From contig BBVC01000015.1 of the NCBI GenBank assembly GCA_001192655.1, positions 1 to 24,481 on the forward strand: DNA of 24,481 nucleotides, in the 5' to 3' direction. The notes below the pieces were generated by a model, which was not told where the DNA came from, searched no databases, and worked only from the letters and a program-made list of their open reading frames with translations. Origin of the DNA: Caedimonas varicaedens. Lineage in GTDB: Bacteria; Pseudomonadota; Alphaproteobacteria; Caedimonadales; Caedimonadaceae. The position numbers and the translations under genes were made by a program. Below, in pieces: positions 23,044 to 24,481 of the stretch (the stretch's first letter is position 1; each line of letters opens with the position of its first letter).

Positions 23044-24481
23044 ATGGCTCAATCTGTAATTACAATTAAAGATTCTCTGGGAAACATGATTGCTTCGGGT
23101 ACTTCTACAGCAGATTTGATATTAAGCCTTAAAGGCAACAATGCCGTTTTTGGGTTTAGTGGAGATGATATTCTGCTGGCAGGCAATGGTAGTGATTATC
23201 TTTATGGGGGTGCGGGGAATGATATTCTCTATGGCGGCGCCGGAAATGATATTCTCTATGGCGGCGCCGGAAATGATATCCTTTTTGGAGGGGCAGGCTC
23301 TGATCGACTTTATGGCGGATCAGGCAATGACATCCTCAGTGGCGGGAGCAAGGGTGATTTTATAGACCCCGGGATAGGAAATGATCTTGTTGCGGGTGGA
23401 AGCGGCAATGATGTATTTGTCCATAATATCAAAGAGAATATTGGAAGTACGGATTACTATCTCGGAGGCGGCGGGCAGGATACACTTGTCCTGGCTGTGG
23501 ATACAATTGCGCAAGAGAACTTTATTCTCAATAACATTAAACCTGTATTTACAAGCAATTTTGCGGGCACAAGTAAACTGTTCGATTTCTCCTTATACAC
23601 CAGCTTGAGCAGCCCTGTCGGACTTATGGATCTTTCCATCCGGGGATTTAATACCTTACTCGTCAATTTAAACCCTGTTGTCGTCAATGACAGTGGTACG
23701 CTCATTGTGTCACGCGTTAACCCTGTCGCGGATACGCTGAGTCTTAATATTTTGAGCAATGACAGTGATCCCGATAAAAGCAATTCTAATGATATCCTTC
23801 CTGGTGATCATATCGCCGGAAAAGTTTTAGTTGTAGGTGAGATCCAAAATGTCTCTGTTTCTGGTGCAGGAGCTTCTCAAGTTCTTTCTATTAGCGAAGT
23901 TGCTTTTGATCCTTTTATGGGAGAAATGGACAAATTTACCCTTCACACAGCAGCAGGAGATGCGACACTACTGATCAAATCAGACGGCACGGTTACTCTC
24001 AGCACGAATAATGTATTTGATAATATTTTGGGTAATGTGGATATTAATATTCAATACACAGCTGATGACCAGCTGGGAGGTCGTAATAGTGCTACCGCTG
24101 CTCTGCATGTCATTACAGACAGACCGCCTATAGCCCTGGACGACAGCGGTCAAATGAAAGAAGATACGAATACTGTCGCCAAACCCAATCCTCTTTTGGG
24201 AAATATCTTAAGCAATGATAGCGATCCCGATGCGGGAGATGTTTTAAAAGTCATTTCTGTCAAGGGAGTGGCCGGAAACGTGGGCGTGGATGTTGCCGGA
24301 ACTTACGGAATCCTCCACCTCAATATGGATGGAACTTATAAATATACTCTTAACAATAGCTTGCCTTCTGTACAATCTTTGGCAGAAGGACAGCAGGTTC
24401 ATGACATTTTTGCCTATACGATCAGCGATGGCCATGGAGGAACAGCATCAGCCAATCTTGATATGACTGTTATCGGCACGA
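23044..24481 (+). CDS. large RTX (GGxGxD nonapeptide) / VCBS-cadherin-like repeat protein, 5' part only (ORF continues past the right edge)
   Basis: Hand translation from ATG 23044 (GGAGG 5 nt upstream) is open for 479 codons to the window end. It begins MAQSVITIKD. It then has about 9 calcium-binding nonapeptides (GNGSDYLYGGAGNDILYGGAGNDILYGGAGNDILFGGAGSDRLYGGSGNDILSGG...). Two units of VCBS-like type follow (..VVNDSGT...LNILSNDSDPD... and ..ALDDSGQMKEDT...GNILSNDSDPDAGDVLKVISV...GTYKYTLNN...L.EGQQVHDIFAYTISDGHGGTASANLDMTVIG). Confidence 0.85.
   Translation, partial: MAQSVITIKDSLGNMIASGTSTADLILSLKGNNAVFGFSGDDILLAGNGSDYLYGGAGNDILYGGAGNDILYGGAGNDILFGGAGSDRLYGGSGNDILSGGSKGDFIDPGIGNDLVAGGSGNDVFVHNIKENIGSTDYYLGGGGQDTLVLAVDTIAQENFILNNIKPVFTSNFAGTSKLFDFSLYTSLSSPVGLMDLSIRGFNTLLVNLNPVVVNDSGTLIVSRVNPVADTLSLNILSNDSDPDKSNSNDILPGDHIAGKVLVVGEIQNVSVSGAGASQVLSISEVAFDPFMGEMDKFTLHTAAGDATLLIKSDGTVTLSTNNVFDNILGNVDINIQYTADDQLGGRNSATAALHVITDRPPIALDDSGQMKEDTNTVAKPNPLLGNILSNDSDPDAGDVLKVISVKGVAGNVGVDVAGTYGILHLNMDGTYKYTLNNSLPSVQSLAEGQQVHDIFAYTISDGHGGTASANLDMTVIGT
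23229..23282 (+). repeat. perfect 27-bp tandem duplication inside the RTX block
   Basis: AATGATATTCTCTATGGCGGCGCCGGA occurs at 23229-23255 and again at 23256-23282, one nonapeptide unit each. Confidence 0.95.

Noticed and set aside
23141-24435. Track ORFs 23141-23365, 23320-23514, 23381-23608, 23457-23783 and 24244-24435
   Set aside because: All lie inside, or antisense to, the unbroken 479-codon RTX/VCBS frame starting at 23044. That frame has clear repeat motifs and a GGAGG site.

Overview
This is a moderately AT-rich bacterial chromosome segment with an alphaproteobacterial backbone. The markers are the DUF1476 zeta inhibitor of F1-ATPase, SURF1 next to cytochrome c oxidase subunit III, a bolA-grxD pair and an MPP-like M16 peptidase. 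Recognisable housekeeping genes are clpB, a KimA/YdaO-like APC transporter, acs, the zeta subunit, bolA, grxD, the M16 peptidase, SURF1, ctaE, a YejA-like family-5 solute-binding protein, dapB, mutM, tRNA(CAU) and tRNA-Arg(CCG). Between them lie visibly AT-richer lineage-specific genes for proteins with signal peptides (1-580, 7710-8780, 11403-12932, 20805-21422). There is also IS/MITE debris, a decayed MarR gene and the 5' end of a large RTX/VCBS-type protein that runs off the right edge. This mix suggests a host-associated or intracellular alphaproteobacterium, which is an inference. I did not recognise a multi-gene defence, secretion or biosynthetic system. The most unusual items are: (i) a signal-peptide Nudix-domain protein with about 680 bp of near-perfect in-frame tandem repeats, bracketed by two inverted IS-derived elements that also truncate a HAD-UbiA fusion gene; (ii) a single ORF fusing a periplasmic family-3 solute-binding domain to a complete TRIC/UPF0126 channel-like membrane domain; (iii) a region next to tRNA-Arg holding a MarR remnant, a very AT-rich leader and an RTX/VCBS giant protein. 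Two coding regions (1-580 minus, 23044-24481 plus) are missing from the supplied ORF track because they run off the window. I found them by hand translation.
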